Assembly: GCF_000497125.1 (NCBI RefSeq)
Contig: NC_090602.1
Location: 558,001-622,000 of the forward strand
DNA: 64,000 nucleotides
Origin: Spironucleus salmonicida
Taxonomy: Eukaryota
Direction: 5' to 3'
In this document: in pieces, positions 26,227 to 39,962 of the stretch
Numbering within the stretch: position 1 is the first letter of the stretch
How the letters are laid out: each line of letters begins with the position of its first letter
Made by a program: the position numbers and the translations under genes
The notes under the pieces: generated by a model
The model's database searches: none
What the model saw: the letters and a program-made list of their open reading frames with translations, nothing else
Told to the model about the DNA's origin: nothing

Positions 26227-27919
26227 TTTATTAGAAATAATTATCATATTAATATACTATAATTAATATAATCTTAGTTTGATATTTCTCTTATCCTTAT
26301 TTTAATTTATTAATTATTAATGAGAATTTAATATTATACAAATTGACCTAAAATACGTGTAATTATTATTATTAATTATATAATAATAGAAATATTTATA
26401 TTTGGTTTAATACAAATACCTTTTATACACATATAAACTTATTGGGAGAAATGAATTCGGAATGATTTTCCAAATGCCTATATAAATATATTAATTATAG
26501 GTGATATTACTCCAATGTTCAAAAGTTATATACTATTATATTATATATATTATCTTTAGTTAAAATAAAATGAGTCATATATGCTTCTGAATAATGTATA
26601 TATACTTATAATTAGTGCATGTATCTGAAATGGAATTGATGATGGAATATATTTGCCCACATTATGAGCATATCTACGATTAAAATAATTTTATCTCTTC
26701 GAATAATTATATCGGATTGCAATTATTTTCTGATTTTCTAAAGATTTATAATTACAGACCAGCTGTAACCTATAAATATCAGTATAATAAGTATTGCTTA
26801 TATAATTAATTCTACGTTATTTTTATAAATCAGATTAAAAAATTAGTAATAGTAATACAAATATGTTTTTTGAATACAATTCAACACTGATTAGTTTAAA
26901 CCCCAGTTTTAATTTAAAAATATATATTCCTTATATAGTTATCACATATTGGTTCTAATTAATATAAGAACTTAAAATCTGCATTTTGGTAGTGAATGCT
27001 TTTTTAAGAGTATTTTATATTGATAGTCTACATTATGTTTTGTAATTAATACTATTATATTCTTTCACTTAAAAGTCAATAGTAAGTAATAAGGAGTTAC
27101 TTATAACTAAGTTTTCCTATCAATAAATTTTATTACATATTACTCTATTCAATTGTAAAATAATGATTTGACACCTAATAACTTATTTATTCTAATAAAT
27201 TTATTATCAACAAGTTTTATACATTATTGAATGAGAATAAGGAAACCTTCTATTACTAAATAATATATTCAAATAAATGAATCATTTTAGAGTTTTATAC
27301 CATTTTGAAGCGCCTTAATACCATGGCATTCCACAAAACGACCACTAAATACTGCAACACAAAGTGTATAGGATTTTAAGGTCATTAGGGTGAATCAATC
27401 TTCCATAAATGTCTGCAAATAAGATAATATCAGACAGTGAAATTGAAGACATTTATGGGGCTAGTAAGATAAGCTCTTTATAGTGATTGCCAATTAACAT
27501 TTTTTATATAAGAATATAAATATATAAAAAAGCAATAATAATATATTATATAATATTTCAAAACATAATAGAAAAATAAATTAAAAATTTGTATTTATTA
27601 TATAATAGATATAAAGTATTAAGTATAACCTAATAATGATAATTACTTACTAAATTTGTATTCACTAAAATTTTGTCTGGGCTTTTATCATTAAATATCT
27701 ATATAAACTCTATTTGTATATATAAATTTTCATTTTAAAAAAAACATCAATACCTTATTTATCCGTTCTAATATAAATATTAATTGATTAAATTGAATCT
27801 CCTTTAATTTTTAAAGATGTAAATTATAACAAATTTACTAATAATATTATCTCTTTTTTAAGTAGGATAATGTTTATATATAATAACTATAAGTATAACG
27901 TGTGTTAAAACTTAAAAGT

Positions 27920-30738
27920 AATGTTCATAATAGGGTTTCCCAATTCTATACCGAAATGGATGGTTGATATGGCATATACCTGTGGAACTATTGTTGTAGT
28001 ACCAGTTATTCATGCATAGGCAGTAACTAATTCGAGTCATGTGTACTTTGTATAGGGGTTACGCAAGGTTTTGCATGTATATACTAAAATAAGTTTTATA
28101 CTTATGATTGTAAAGCGTAAAAATAAGACTTCTCCTCATAATATATTGGATTTTTCCTTAATTTTAGTGTTAACTGTAATGCACGTCATATTTTTTCTAC
28201 TTACATAAGTCAGTGCGCTAAGTATTAGGTTTTGATATGCAACACCATCAATATATTCAACTGCTAATCATGCGTATTAAGATAAATAATATCATGTGAA
28301 TGCAGAAATAAAACAAATTAACAGATTTGGGATACTAGTACGAAAAGATGCGGAGTCTGATTAGGAACATACATAATATTAGACACATACAGTGTTTCAG
28401 AAATTAATATTTGGTATTCATCTAAATGAAATATTCTATGTAATATTGGTTCGTATTGTAAAGGAAGTGTTGGAAATAAGTACGAAGAATGCTCCAATCT
28501 TAACTTTAATTAATATTGTAAATGCCAAATTGGATAAGTTAAAAATTATATTAACTGCAGCTAGTCAGGTTGTACGGAATGTATCTAGAATTATTATGTT
28601 TAATTTGGGAAGTATTATTTAAACACCTGAGAATAGATATAAAATATCTTTAACTATGCGTTTAATCATCTCTGAAAAAAATCTTTCCTCACTAAATTAG
28701 CTACGTGTTTTGTGTGATGACGCGTAGTAAAGCAACTATGGAAATATAATTTGCTGCAAAACATGTGACCTTTAAAATGAGACCTGTGGTTCATGTTTTG
28801 CAGGATATAATATAGAAATTCGCAGATTTGTGAATGACTCTAATAGCTGTGGAGAAAACTTTGACTCAACTCTTTGTGGGATACAATTTTACTGCAAGGC
28901 CCTTTTGATAATATCTGCTTAACTCGCTAGTATCTAAACTATGATATGGCCTGTAATTGCTAAGGTACCCAAATAAAAATTGTACACCGTGTATAAGTTC
29001 TATTTATACAGATTGTAAGCTAGATATATCTGCAATAAACAATATATGTACCTAAAGTACGTATGTTGGAGGATAAAAATGAACAAAATATGCCTTAACA
29101 ATTATTCTCCTTTATTACAAGTAATTATACCACAAATAGCGTCTAATATTTTGAATCCTCCAAAATATTCTACAATTGCAGAGTATGGGAAAACTATGTC
29201 ACATATGATCCAGCAAACTCTAAATATGATAAATTTTTAAAAGGATTTGAAGCTACTCATGAATGTCAATGCATTCAAATTCCGAATATTTGCAATTAAC
29301 ATGGAAAACCTACCAGATGCTTCTAGTAATAATTTAGTAATAGGTATTTCTTAGGCAAATATAATAATTGTTTAAATTTTATGATAGATCTCTCTTGTAA
29401 CTGCCGTGGAACCTTATTACAAAATTATATATAATACCACGGATCTCTTTGCAAAAATGTGTAACAACGTAGTATGCCATAAAATATTTCCTCGATTTGA
29501 ATATTTGCGATCAATTTTTATCGTATTCATAATATACTAATGGATTTTACTGTAAACTGGCAGCAAACACACTGATCCTTGTATGATTTGTTCTAAAATT
29601 TAAACTTAAACCTGTAAATATGGAGGAGCTATTTATAGCCTTACTTATAATACCAGCCAATATTATTTTCTAAATCAGGTTGCAAATCCAAATACGCTTT
29701 CTTGTGTTACGCCTTAAGTTGGAAATAATATTTGCAGTTAGTAACAGACATCATAGATGTGTTTTGATAACTATTTCTGCTCAGGGAATTAAAATGATAC
29801 ATGCTAATCACGTGTTAGCATTTATGAAGGTTAGAAATGCAAATATGATAAATTGTGTTTCGAAAACTGCCTATTTTGCGCAAATTAGACATTTTTATCA
29901 TATGTAACTGGATTTACACTAGAAAACAGCATTCATGCACCTTATATGTAACGCTGTCCGACAGGCTATTTTTCCCCATCTGGAAAGCCAGAATCGCCTA
30001 CCTGCCAACCGTGTTTGGTGGAAAATGAATAGCAACGTAACTACGCCGGATAAAAACACTGGTAATCGTATAATTCGCTTAACAAGTCGTGTCAGACTAG
30101 CAGAAATAGTCTATCCTTAATTAATGGAATATACGTAATTCAACCAAACCGGAACGCCATTAAATACTGCCCGATAGAATAATATTGAGACTATTTAATT
30201 TGTTCGATCTGCTTCGATTAGCATAGGGTGAGATTCTGTGGAGAGTCAGTTAACTGTTAAAATACCTATTGACAGAGACTCACAGTGTACGGACCGGATG
30301 TAATGCAAATCTGCTCAGAAAATAAAGTTATATTAAGCAGTACGCAGCATTCATATAATTACGGAATCAAACCTGATAGCAAGTTAGTTAATGGATACTC
30401 CTATTGCACATCGCCCATTTATTAATTAAAAATATACTGAGAAAAACATGCTTCTGAGCAAGAAACGTATATTTCCACCATCTGGTTATAGAGGTAGCTG
30501 CGACGATAATGTAGGATCTAAGCTGTGAGTAGAAGATACAGTCTGCAATAAACAAGTTTCATGCGAAGATGGTTCGATTATTGGCCTCTGCGTCTCTGTC
30601 TGCGTCATTGCAGGGGCGATTGTGGGCGTTGTGGCGTACAGAGTCATAAAGCACAAGTAGGGATAAAAGCAGAAGGCAGAGACGGAGAAGACCCCGCTGG
30701 TGGGCGAGGGCTCTGCGGAGAAGAGCTAGAGTGCGTGA
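27920..30738 (+). pseudogene. decayed cysteine-rich membrane protein sequence, joined at 30571 to a copied TM/tail
   Basis: Scattered CXXC remnants (e.g. CKTCDLQNETCGSCFAGY near 28755, NCLFC near 29865) in shifting frames with TGA stops. In-frame TGA at 30526 just before the TM. Left limit approximate. Confidence 0.6.
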
Positions 30739-31096
30739 ATTCGGTTTTACTTCAGTAGTGTTGGGATTGCGAGGTTTGGAAAAAGCTGGGTGATGTAGAT
30801 GTAGAAATATAGCGTACGGATAGATAAATTCGTATTTTTAAGTTTGCTGGTTTAATAGGTATAGCTGAGGTAATAAAGAGGGTTACTTGAAAATGTGTTA
30901 TAGTATATAATTGGGATTATAGTTAATATAAGTAAATTGTTTTATTATATGAATAATTAGTACAAATATGAATAAGTAAGGTTGTGTTGAGTATATTTGT
31001 TAACCCGCAGAATTTAGTACTAATATCGATATACTAGTTTTTCAGAAACCAAGATCCTTCATATATCTCTATAATACTAATAATATATTTTAAAAA

Positions 31097-31990
31097 ATGG
31101 AAGATACAGGCACGTGTTCAACTTCAGTTGCTACTTGCAAGGCTGGAAACTATTGCGCAACTATGTCAGATACATTAGAAGCATGTTTACCATGCAGTTA
31201 GAATATTTAAGATGGCTAAGGATGTTACTGTAAAAATAACACCATTTCTATTAATTGCTAATAATGTGCTAATAGCCAATGCATTAAATGCATTAAAGGA
31301 TAGTATCTCGCAAAAAATTCATGCGAATATTGTATTACTGACTGTGATGATTGTACTGCGGTATCTAATTGTCAAAAATGTGCTAAAGATCATGTCTTAG
31401 AGTAAAACCCATTGAAATGCGTACTGGTTTGCACTTCTAACAAATAGTGTGATGGCATTGGTTAAAAATTCTGTAACAAGATAACCAACAGATGTGAACC
31501 TTGCCATGGTAGTTGTAAAGAATGTTCGTCTCTAACTTTTTGTACTGTTTGTGAAAATAATTTTATTAGTACAATTAATGGTAAGTGCACCCCATAATGC
31601 AATAATATTGCTGATGGTAATTACTGTAACGATGGAGCAGCAGCTCCCTGTACAGCAGGCCTTACTTCACAATGCACTTGTGGTGATAAATAAAACTGCG
31701 CATCCTGTAATATGACAGAAAGCAAATGTGAAACATGCTTACCTAACAGTAAACTTAACGAAAGTGGAAGCTGTACCTCATGCGAAGATGGGTTCGAAAT
31801 GATAGGAACTATGTGTTGGCCTGTGGAAGCGGATGGTACCATTGACGACAATAAGCTTGGTGGAGGAGCAATTGCTGGTATAGTGATAGCCGTATTAGTG
31901 GTAGCCGGTGCAGTTGGTGCTGGAGTTTGGTTTATGATGAAGAAAAAAAGATGTATCGGTAGCGCTGGCACAAGGCATGGCAGGAAATGA
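31097..31990 (+). CDS. cysteine-rich membrane protein (VSP-like CXXC, 297 aa), IR3 copy 1
   Basis: Many CXXC motifs, GGGAIAGIVIAVLVVAGAVGAGVWF TM and KKKR tail. Confidence 0.9.
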
Positions 31991-34506
31991 TTGGAGGATA
32001 TATTATAATTCTATTCATATACTGGATCCATACTTAATTTATAGCCATAATATGCATCTAACTATCAGCAAACAGCAGACTAACATTAAAGCAGTAAGGT
32101 TAAGGATATATACTAATGTACATAATTTAGCTATTGCCTTTTAGTGTGAATATTAATAATAAAATAAAATATGTTTTCCAGCTTGGGAACCTCAGATAAT
32201 AAGGCATCATATTGGAATATAAACAAATGCACAGAAGCGCAAATAGATCCTTGCGTTAATCTGTTTATATGGCGAGTTTGTAGGCAAACATATAACACTA
32301 AGTTATAAAAAGCTCGTAAACACTTGGTTAGCAGTTTATAATCATGTGGATAGATAGTTTAAAGTGACTTTCATACGTAATTGTAAGTAAATTATTTTCG
32401 TAACCTAGACATTATTGCAATTTCTATTTTTCAAGAGATCGGCATGAGCTACTTTACACAAAAAATCGCAATATTACTGGTGATGGTATTGTGATTTGTG
32501 GTATTACCTGCTTCAATCTACGAAAGATGTTCATTAATAATCTGATGAATCTTAGTCTAAAACGAAAGTCATATTAATCCAATCAACATGACCTTAATAT
32601 CATACAATGCGCTACCAGCAATAGTTTGATGAGGTATCTATGCTTTTATTCTGAACTTGATCTCTTTTATAAAACATCTATTGGTAGCATGTTTGCATAA
32701 ATTAGTAAACACACGATTTCATACAGTGTTTGATATCTTTCACTAGAATTACTATTTTTCTAGTATGGGTAATTTTCACTATAAATTTCAAAATCTTGTT
32801 AGATTTCTTTCGAATTATTAATAACTCTGATATCAAATGGTTAGTATGTTTAGGTGTTTGACTTACCTATGAAAATCAGAATCCCAAAATAACAAGTTAT
32901 TTCCTTGCAATACCAGAGACCGTTACGTTGTGTGCTGGCTAATCATAACTTCTACGCTATATAAGCCGCAGTTAACGTATATGAAGGATTTTATTCCTGG
33001 ATAGAAGAGTATATGAACTAAGAATAAGTGTGCATACTATCAGCCAGTTTCTGGTATTGCGTGTAGGTGACTTATACTAATATATTTTTTTAACAAACGC
33101 TATCAATTAGAGATAGACAGTATCATATAAACAAACTTTTGAGAAAGCTAGCAGCAGGGGATCCTCTAGAATTGGAATCACCATCCTATGATTTTCAGAA
33201 ATACTCACATCCCGATCCTTTGTTCCTACATACAGAACTCCAGACAAAGTTATAATATTGGTACTTTATTATGGTATTCTATATTATATGATTTTCTCAA
33301 GTAAGAAAATACTATATATTACTATCCATTACCAATTCAGCTTCTAGCAGCTAAACCAGCCATATTCTGATACCTAAAGAACACTCGCGTTTTCTCAGCC
33401 TCGGATCGGTCGATATTACCTTTCGAGATAATTCATTCAGTCGAAGTTGCGCATCTCCTGTAAGAGCATAGCCAGATCAAAATACCAAATTGCACAAATA
33501 CTGAAACTATACTGTTTCTAAAATGATGGCAGCAGACAAATGCTGGAGCAGTCCGAATAAATAATCCGCATGCACCTTCTACCCACCCAACTCAAATAGC
33601 GCTAGGGAGTGCAAACCGTGACGAGCCTCCTCAATTTCATCCAAGTTTGCATGAGGCTGTCCTGCTGATGTCACCCCCAAAGCCTGCCAGCTGTGCGACA
33701 GATGAAAATCTGAACCGCTTGGATGGGGCCTGTTAAGATAGTTCTGGCTAAATAAGTTTCCGATAGGAGCTATACTCCCTGCGACTCTGGGCCAAACCGG
33801 TGCTCGTACTGCTGGGGAGGCCTTGTTTTCGCCAGAGCTGCTAAAATCTGTCCAGTAGCATGCTAGGTGCAATAAGATTGCGCAGGGTGCAGTATCAGAT
33901 ACTGGCACCGTTAACCTGACCCGTCTGGCATCTGCTGAAAGGTATGTGTTTTGCAGGTTTCGTCTGAATTTCGTGTTACCAATACTGGAACTGAGGATGT
34001 GCTGGCACTCAAAATTTAAAGCATGCACTCGAAGAAGTCTGCCGACCTATCTGCATGTAACCCAGCAACGACGGAGGTCGGCTGACTGCGCCTCCACTTT
34101 CGCAGTGGAATACATATTCAGCTAGAAGTATGTTTGAGCCACCTGCAGAGAGTTCGTAGGGTTTGACAGGTACCAGCTAGATTCCGAAACCGCCGGCGCA
34201 GGAAATGGTGCAGATTGCGCAGCTGGTACGACTCGGCGGGTGGCTGGCGACACTGCCAGAAGGTGCTTATATGAATTTATATGTTAGCAGAGCTCACTAC
34301 AGCAGGTACCATACGATGCTGCATGCGATAGCACTGCACCGTAAACGCAAAGAAGCGATCCCTCTGCCGCACAGTGGTATCCATTTCAGGGATGTTAAAT
34401 ATTATCATATAGTATAGTAGGAGGCCAGTGGTAAAATATTCTTGGGGATTACAAAATCTAGTTTCTCCGGATTGACATTATTACGTAGAACGCCCACCTT
34501 CTTAAA

Positions 34507-34791
34507 ATGGGCTGCTGCGAGACCGACTCGGCCCTGGGCGAAAAAATAGTGCAGGAGGGCAAAATATTTGAGGAGGTGAGGCTGGAGAGCCTGGCGTTGT
34601 TCAATTCCTGCAGCAACTCGAACGAGTCGTCCGACTTCTTGGTTTTCCAAAGGGGGACCTCCATAAGCTGCGCGCAGACTCCGTATTTACTTAGCATATA
34701 TAATACTTAAAATGACTTTTAGCCTTTACGATTATAGTATAGCAAATAGCAAGGTATTCACTCCGCCTAAAATGACCCTGCACCTCACTGA
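34507..34791 (+). CDS. small protein with MGCC acylation motif (94 aa), copy 1
   Basis: AAAATG start and MGCC N-terminus. The indel between copies is in frame (9 bp). The 3' end overlaps the next gene by 20 nt. Confidence 0.45.
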
Positions 34792-35326
34792 CAGGACCGC
34801 GCTGTCCAGCCACATGCAGACGCCGCTGTACGTTAACAAGCCGCAGCGTGCGCGAGAGCTCAAGTCTGTTCCGGTCCCGCAGCGCCTGCCCACCCCCAGG
34901 GTAATCGTCAAGCCGCAGGTCCAGCTCCCGCAGCACACCTGCAGCCAGACCATCTCCCGCAAAAGTGTCCCCCTCATCACGCAGAAGGACCCCTCCTGCG
35001 CGCGGTTCGACCCCTGCTGCACCGGGAAGCGCCTGCTCTCGGACCAGAAAACGCGCCCCAAGGAGCTGTACAACCGCTTCTACCAGGGGCGCAACGGCCC
35101 CATCCCCCAGGACACGCTGGGGCAGTTTACGTTCAAGGGGCGGCAGGTGGACCATGGGGCCAAGATGCGGTTCGGCGTCCACAACAGGGTAGAGCGGGAG
35201 GCGATCCCCGAGTGGAAGTTCGCGGACCTCGGCGTCGGAAAGCAGAACTGCGCCCGGGACCGGACTGGCGCGGGACTCAAGGGGCTCCTGGGGGCGACGT
35301 ACGCCGACGACGGGAAGTGGTAGTGA
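34772..35326 (+). CDS. basic Pro-rich hypothetical protein (184 aa; alternative start 34712), copy 1
   Basis: Strong GC3 bias, ends TAG-TGA. Confidence 0.75.
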
Positions 35327-36406
35327 GAGAATACGTTGGGCCGTAGCCAGGTTTATGTTTGCTTTGCATCCACTACGTGAGTAGTTTCTCGCACCTGTTG
35401 CAGCTGCTGGGAGTTTCTTGCCGCTGAGTGGCAGGAAGCCTTCTGATAATGGGCATTGCCGCATTAGAGTAGGCCAATAGGCCCCGGCGCACTGGAAAGT
35501 TCCGCCGAATCAGGCACCTAGCTTTACCTGGGTCCTACTCTACATTAGTCAACCGGCATACCGAAGTTACATATGGTTGCGTATCGTTCTCCAGTGGCAC
35601 CAGCAGCCTCTGCAACCCACCATCAGGGTTTCATCGCGCCACCGAGTTACCATATGCTTTCTAGAGGACTGCCTACATTGTAAAAGTATTTGCACCGCTA
35701 CCAATATGAATATATATTGTCTAATACACTATAAATTACTTTGCTGCAGAATGAAAGTTATCAAATTACGCGCACCCCAGAATACCAAGAGGAACTGAAT
35801 TCAAGTAGTCACTCGCACCGCCAGTTGCAGGATCTAAATCTCTCATACGGGCACCTGACTGGTTGATCATCGAAGGCTAGGTTAATCCATGAATCTGTTG
35901 GGAAGCAACCCCATGGTTCAGCAGCTCCGTATAGGCTATTGCATTATTATCATAGTTATCGCTGTAAGCTACCACTATCATCCAGCGATAGTTATTGGCG
36001 ATATTTGCTTCTTAGAGAAAAATATATAGCCTGCAAAATACAAATTGCTCATACTATATTGAACGTAAAATTTTAAATTTATACTTTTCTCTTGGTATTT
36101 TTTTTTGAAATCTGATGCTTCATATTACCACACGCACTCTGGTCTTTGACAAAAGGAAACTGCGCTGGTATTCTTTATGCAATGAAGTACTTATTAACAC
36201 GACGCAAGTCCTTGCAAACGAGCGTCATGCTGTTACCTTAGTTCTCCTGATCCACCTATCTCAGGATACCGTAAAAATAAAAGGGCTATACGGATATTAC
36301 TATCTCAGCCAAATACCTGAACTTATCCAAACTTCATGCTGCTTACCTTTAAATTTAAAAACTATCGCCACCCGCAATTATTTTGCACTAACAAGCTGCT
36401 AGGACT

Positions 36407-37300
36407 TCATATAACTTCTGCCGCCGCTCGTTTCTTCTGAATTATGTAGTGCGAAATCCCGCCGCAAATTGCTGCAATAATTAATATACTGCACCCAACA
36501 ATAATTTCTATAACCTCAACACTTAATTTTCTGTCAATATCCTCTCCTTAATATGGTAAACACATATGGCCGATTTTCTAGTACCCAGATACACATTCCT
36601 CGCACTTCCCAAACATATCCATCTTAAGATTAGGAAGGCAGGAACCACATTTTAGAGTGAAATCTGAACATGTTGCGCAATTTTTACTCTCCCCACACAT
36701 GCAAGTGGACGTTATATTTTCGTCACAAAGCGATACCACACCATCTTTGCAGTAGTACCCAATCTTGAGATCCTGACAGGTCTTGGTGCACGTACCATTA
36801 ATTGTTATTACACTATAAGAATTATCTTCTAAGCACTGTACGCAGAAGCTTCCTGAAAGACAAATTGAACATCCTTTTTGGCACGGTCTGCAGTGGCGTT
36901 ATTCCAAATCGCAGTAGCCAGCGTTCCATTCCTAGCAATCACTATTTTCCGTGCAAGCGCGATAACACGTGTTATCACGCGCATCAAGCAGGAACCCAGG
37001 TTTGCACGTCGTGCAGAACGCGCGCGAGTAGCAGGTTACGCAGTTTTCATCGCACTTGCTGCACATGCCAATCTGGTCGGGAAAGAAGCCTGAAATGCAC
37101 GTTTTGCATCTCTTCAGCCCGCAGACCTGACAGTTTTCGAATTCGAAATTGGCGACGCAGTTGCAGCCCTGGCCAAGGTGAATGTTGTGGTCGTCGCAAG
37201 GCAGACAGTCGATCATGTCCATGTCAGCGGCTGTTGCGGGGCAGAACGTGTCTTTGGGGCATATGTTGAAGTTAATCGAGCATTGGCCTAGTTGATTCAT
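36407..37300 (-). CDS. cysteine-rich membrane protein (297 aa)
   Basis: MNQLGQCSINFNIC.. with a CXXC array, TM IIVGCSILIIAAICGGISHYII and QKKRAAAEVI tail. Confidence 0.9.
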
Positions 37301-38427
37301 TTTAGCAGGATGATTTTATTTTTCGAATATTATCCGGTAAAACGTATAATAGAGAGAATTTGTGGCTGCAAATTCTACGGTTTCTTTGTATATATATTAT
37401 ATGATAATAAAGATAAAATAAGTAGAAAGTATTAGGAAGGGACTGTATTTATGAATAATAATTTGCTAAATTGTATAATACAAAACGGAGGCTAAATATA
37501 GTTTTTGGTGGAAAAATGTGAATTGGTTGGCTTGGGATGTTGCTTATGCGATTAATAAGTATAATTTTATCTATATTGTAGATAGATATCATAGGAAAAA
37601 TAAGCTTATACGGTAAATAATTCTTGTGAATATAATCTAAAATTAAGTATATAATCAAGTTTTATATTTTGTAAATTTTTAAGTTAAAAAATTATGTCCA
37701 AATTCTATTATTTTGCATTAAATTGTATTAATAAGCTTTTACGAATTAAAATTATGAATTTTTCTAAATGGTTTACTTCTTATATCTGTTATGATAACTT
37801 CTCATAATGCTGAACTATTATAATAAAAATTAGCATTATATGGTGTATGAGGTTTTATGGTCTACTGAATTATTCGGTTTTAATATATACCAGATATTCC
37901 ACTAACGATGAAGAAAAAATTTAGTTAGAAATTCTCCTAGTGAGTTCCATGTAATATCTAATCTTTGTAGTTTATGGTGTTAAATTTATAACTAATAGGT
38001 TGTTTCATGTGATTCAAACAACAGTATCTTACTTAGGTAAGTTTATGAAATAGTTAATCAATCAAGTATATAATGGGTATGGACATAACAAAAAATTCTA
38101 CTAATTATGAGAAACTATAATTATACTATTTATTGATAACAGATGCTGATGTATAAATTTTCTACACTTTTTGTAAAAATTTTCTACAGTAAGGGTTTTT
38201 ATATTATAATAGCTTTTACTTTTCTTTATTCTAATTATGATTGGATATATAAGCAAATAATAATTGTTTCTAGTTATTTGTTTTTAAAATAATTTTTATA
38301 CTAACGAAGATGAAATATAATAGCTTTAGTATCTTCAAAGAACTAGTATTAGTTTTTTGAGAACAACAAATATAGATATATAAAATAATAATAAAATAAT
38401 GCTGATTTATTTATTTAAAAAATAAAA

Positions 38428-38721
38428 ATGTTTCACACAGATTCATTTTCCGAAGAGCAAGTTATCCCATAGCTACATTCTGCAATTAATTAGTATGGCA
38501 CAGATTGGGTAAAAATATAGAAGAATAGACTTCCAAACTTTAAAATTTCAGAAATAAGATCACTCTACAAAGCTAGTACCGTAGATCACGTAGAAGAGAT
38601 TAAATCATCGACTTTAAAACACTGTTCTTCAGATGTATGTGTATAAGATATCGAATTTTCGTCCGAGCTTTCTTTTGCAGAGGACTGCGCGACGTGTGTG
38701 GAAGATTTCCTCCTGGGATGA
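38428..38721 (+). CDS. small Myb/SANT-like protein (97 aa)
   Basis: FSEEQ..QLHSAINQYGTDWVKIQKNRLPN..ISEIRSLY. Confidence 0.65.
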
Positions 38722-38814
38722 GTGATTACTGTCTATTGTCGAGTTATCCTTTAAATTACTAAATAGTTTATATTATATGTTATGAATACTTATCTCCATT
38801 TTCCTTCCGCGCTA

Positions 38815-39924
38815 ATGGGATGTGGAATTCCACCTGTGCTCACTGCGTCGGGGCCGCTTCCTGACGTGATGGAGGCGTCTCAAATTCCAGAGACAAGGAT
38901 GCAAATAGCCGATACACTCGATTTCTCGCTGACCGCTTCGGTATCGGCCTCCATGTCCATGCACATGCAGCGCCAGCCTGTCTTCGCTGCGTTCGTACGC
39001 AAAACAGACGCATATGCAGCCCCTAAGCTACACTAGGTGGCGTGCGAGTATCTTACTGCGGGGAGGACAGCTACGTTCTTCGGCGCCGAGCTGGAGGGCC
39101 TTGAGGTGCTGACTGGCACCGTGCTCTGCCTGCACAAGCTGGAGAACTTCAGCCAGTACGTGGTCGACTCGTTTGTGAACCAGCTGGTGCTGAGCGTGAA
39201 CCTGCCAGATATTTTCACGCGCACGCTGGACTTCCAGCCGCAGAAGATGTTGCAGGGGGTGGAGCAGGTGAACTACAGCGTACACCAGCTGATTTAGCAT
39301 TTTCACCAGCTGCCCATCCACCTCGTGCGGTTGGTGGTTAAGAACGTTTCTGCATTCATCATCTATCTGCAATAGTTCAACATCATCAGCAACGGGATCG
39401 CGCCGTCCAACGTAGCCATCAAGAAGAATATGGGATTCTCGCTGCAGAACCTGTTTGCCTCCAGCCGGGTCCACGCCTCGCCGAATGTGCCATATTGCGG
39501 CATCAACGAGGCGGAGAACATCGTGAATCTAGTGACCCGGATGTGCTACAACACCTGTATATTTTTTCAGTTCAAGAGCCTAGAGAGCCTCTTGATCTAC
39601 GATGGCGAATGCTGCTTTGATGACTATTTTACTGGAGATATAGAGGACTTCGTCAGGGCAGTGGGCGCGAGCGAGACCATGCAGGAGGTCGCCGATCACC
39701 AATTCGTCCGCGATGCCCAGGTCTCTTTCATTACCGAGCTAACTGAAATCCGAGATGACGTTGAGTTTAAGGAGGAGCGGGTGCTCCAGTAGTTCCTGGA
39801 CGGGTTCAGAGGATAGGTAGCACCTACCGAGGATTTTACAGAGGGTGTGGAATCGCAAGTTTGTCGTGGGTTTTCAGAAGCGTACTTCGGCAGGAGAGCC
39901 TGCGAGGGAGGGATCACATTTTGA
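38815..39924 (+). CDS. N-acylated pseudokinase-like protein (369 aa)
   Basis: MGCG start. LPIHLVRLVVKNVSAFIIYLQQFNIISNGIAPSNVAI fits kinase helix E and catalytic-loop spacing without HRD, QNL replaces DFG, and MQEVADHQFV resembles subdomain XI. Confidence 0.6.
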
Positions 39925-39962
39925 CCCAACTATAAAGTGAGAATTTTGTTAATGTAAAGCGC

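Larger units (their letters stand above)
30571..36498. repeat. Inverted repeat IR3, left arm (about 5.93 kb)
   Basis: Reverse complement of 54210..60130, with scattered SNPs, small indels and one 9-bp indel. Confidence 0.95.

Noticed and set aside
33579-34028. 149-aa ORF present in both IR3 arms
   Set aside because: Non-ATG start, no codon bias or motif. Its conservation is explained by the duplication.
38815-39924. G-protein alpha subunit, suggested by the MGC start and length
   Set aside because: No GxGxSGKS, DVGGQ or NKxD motifs.
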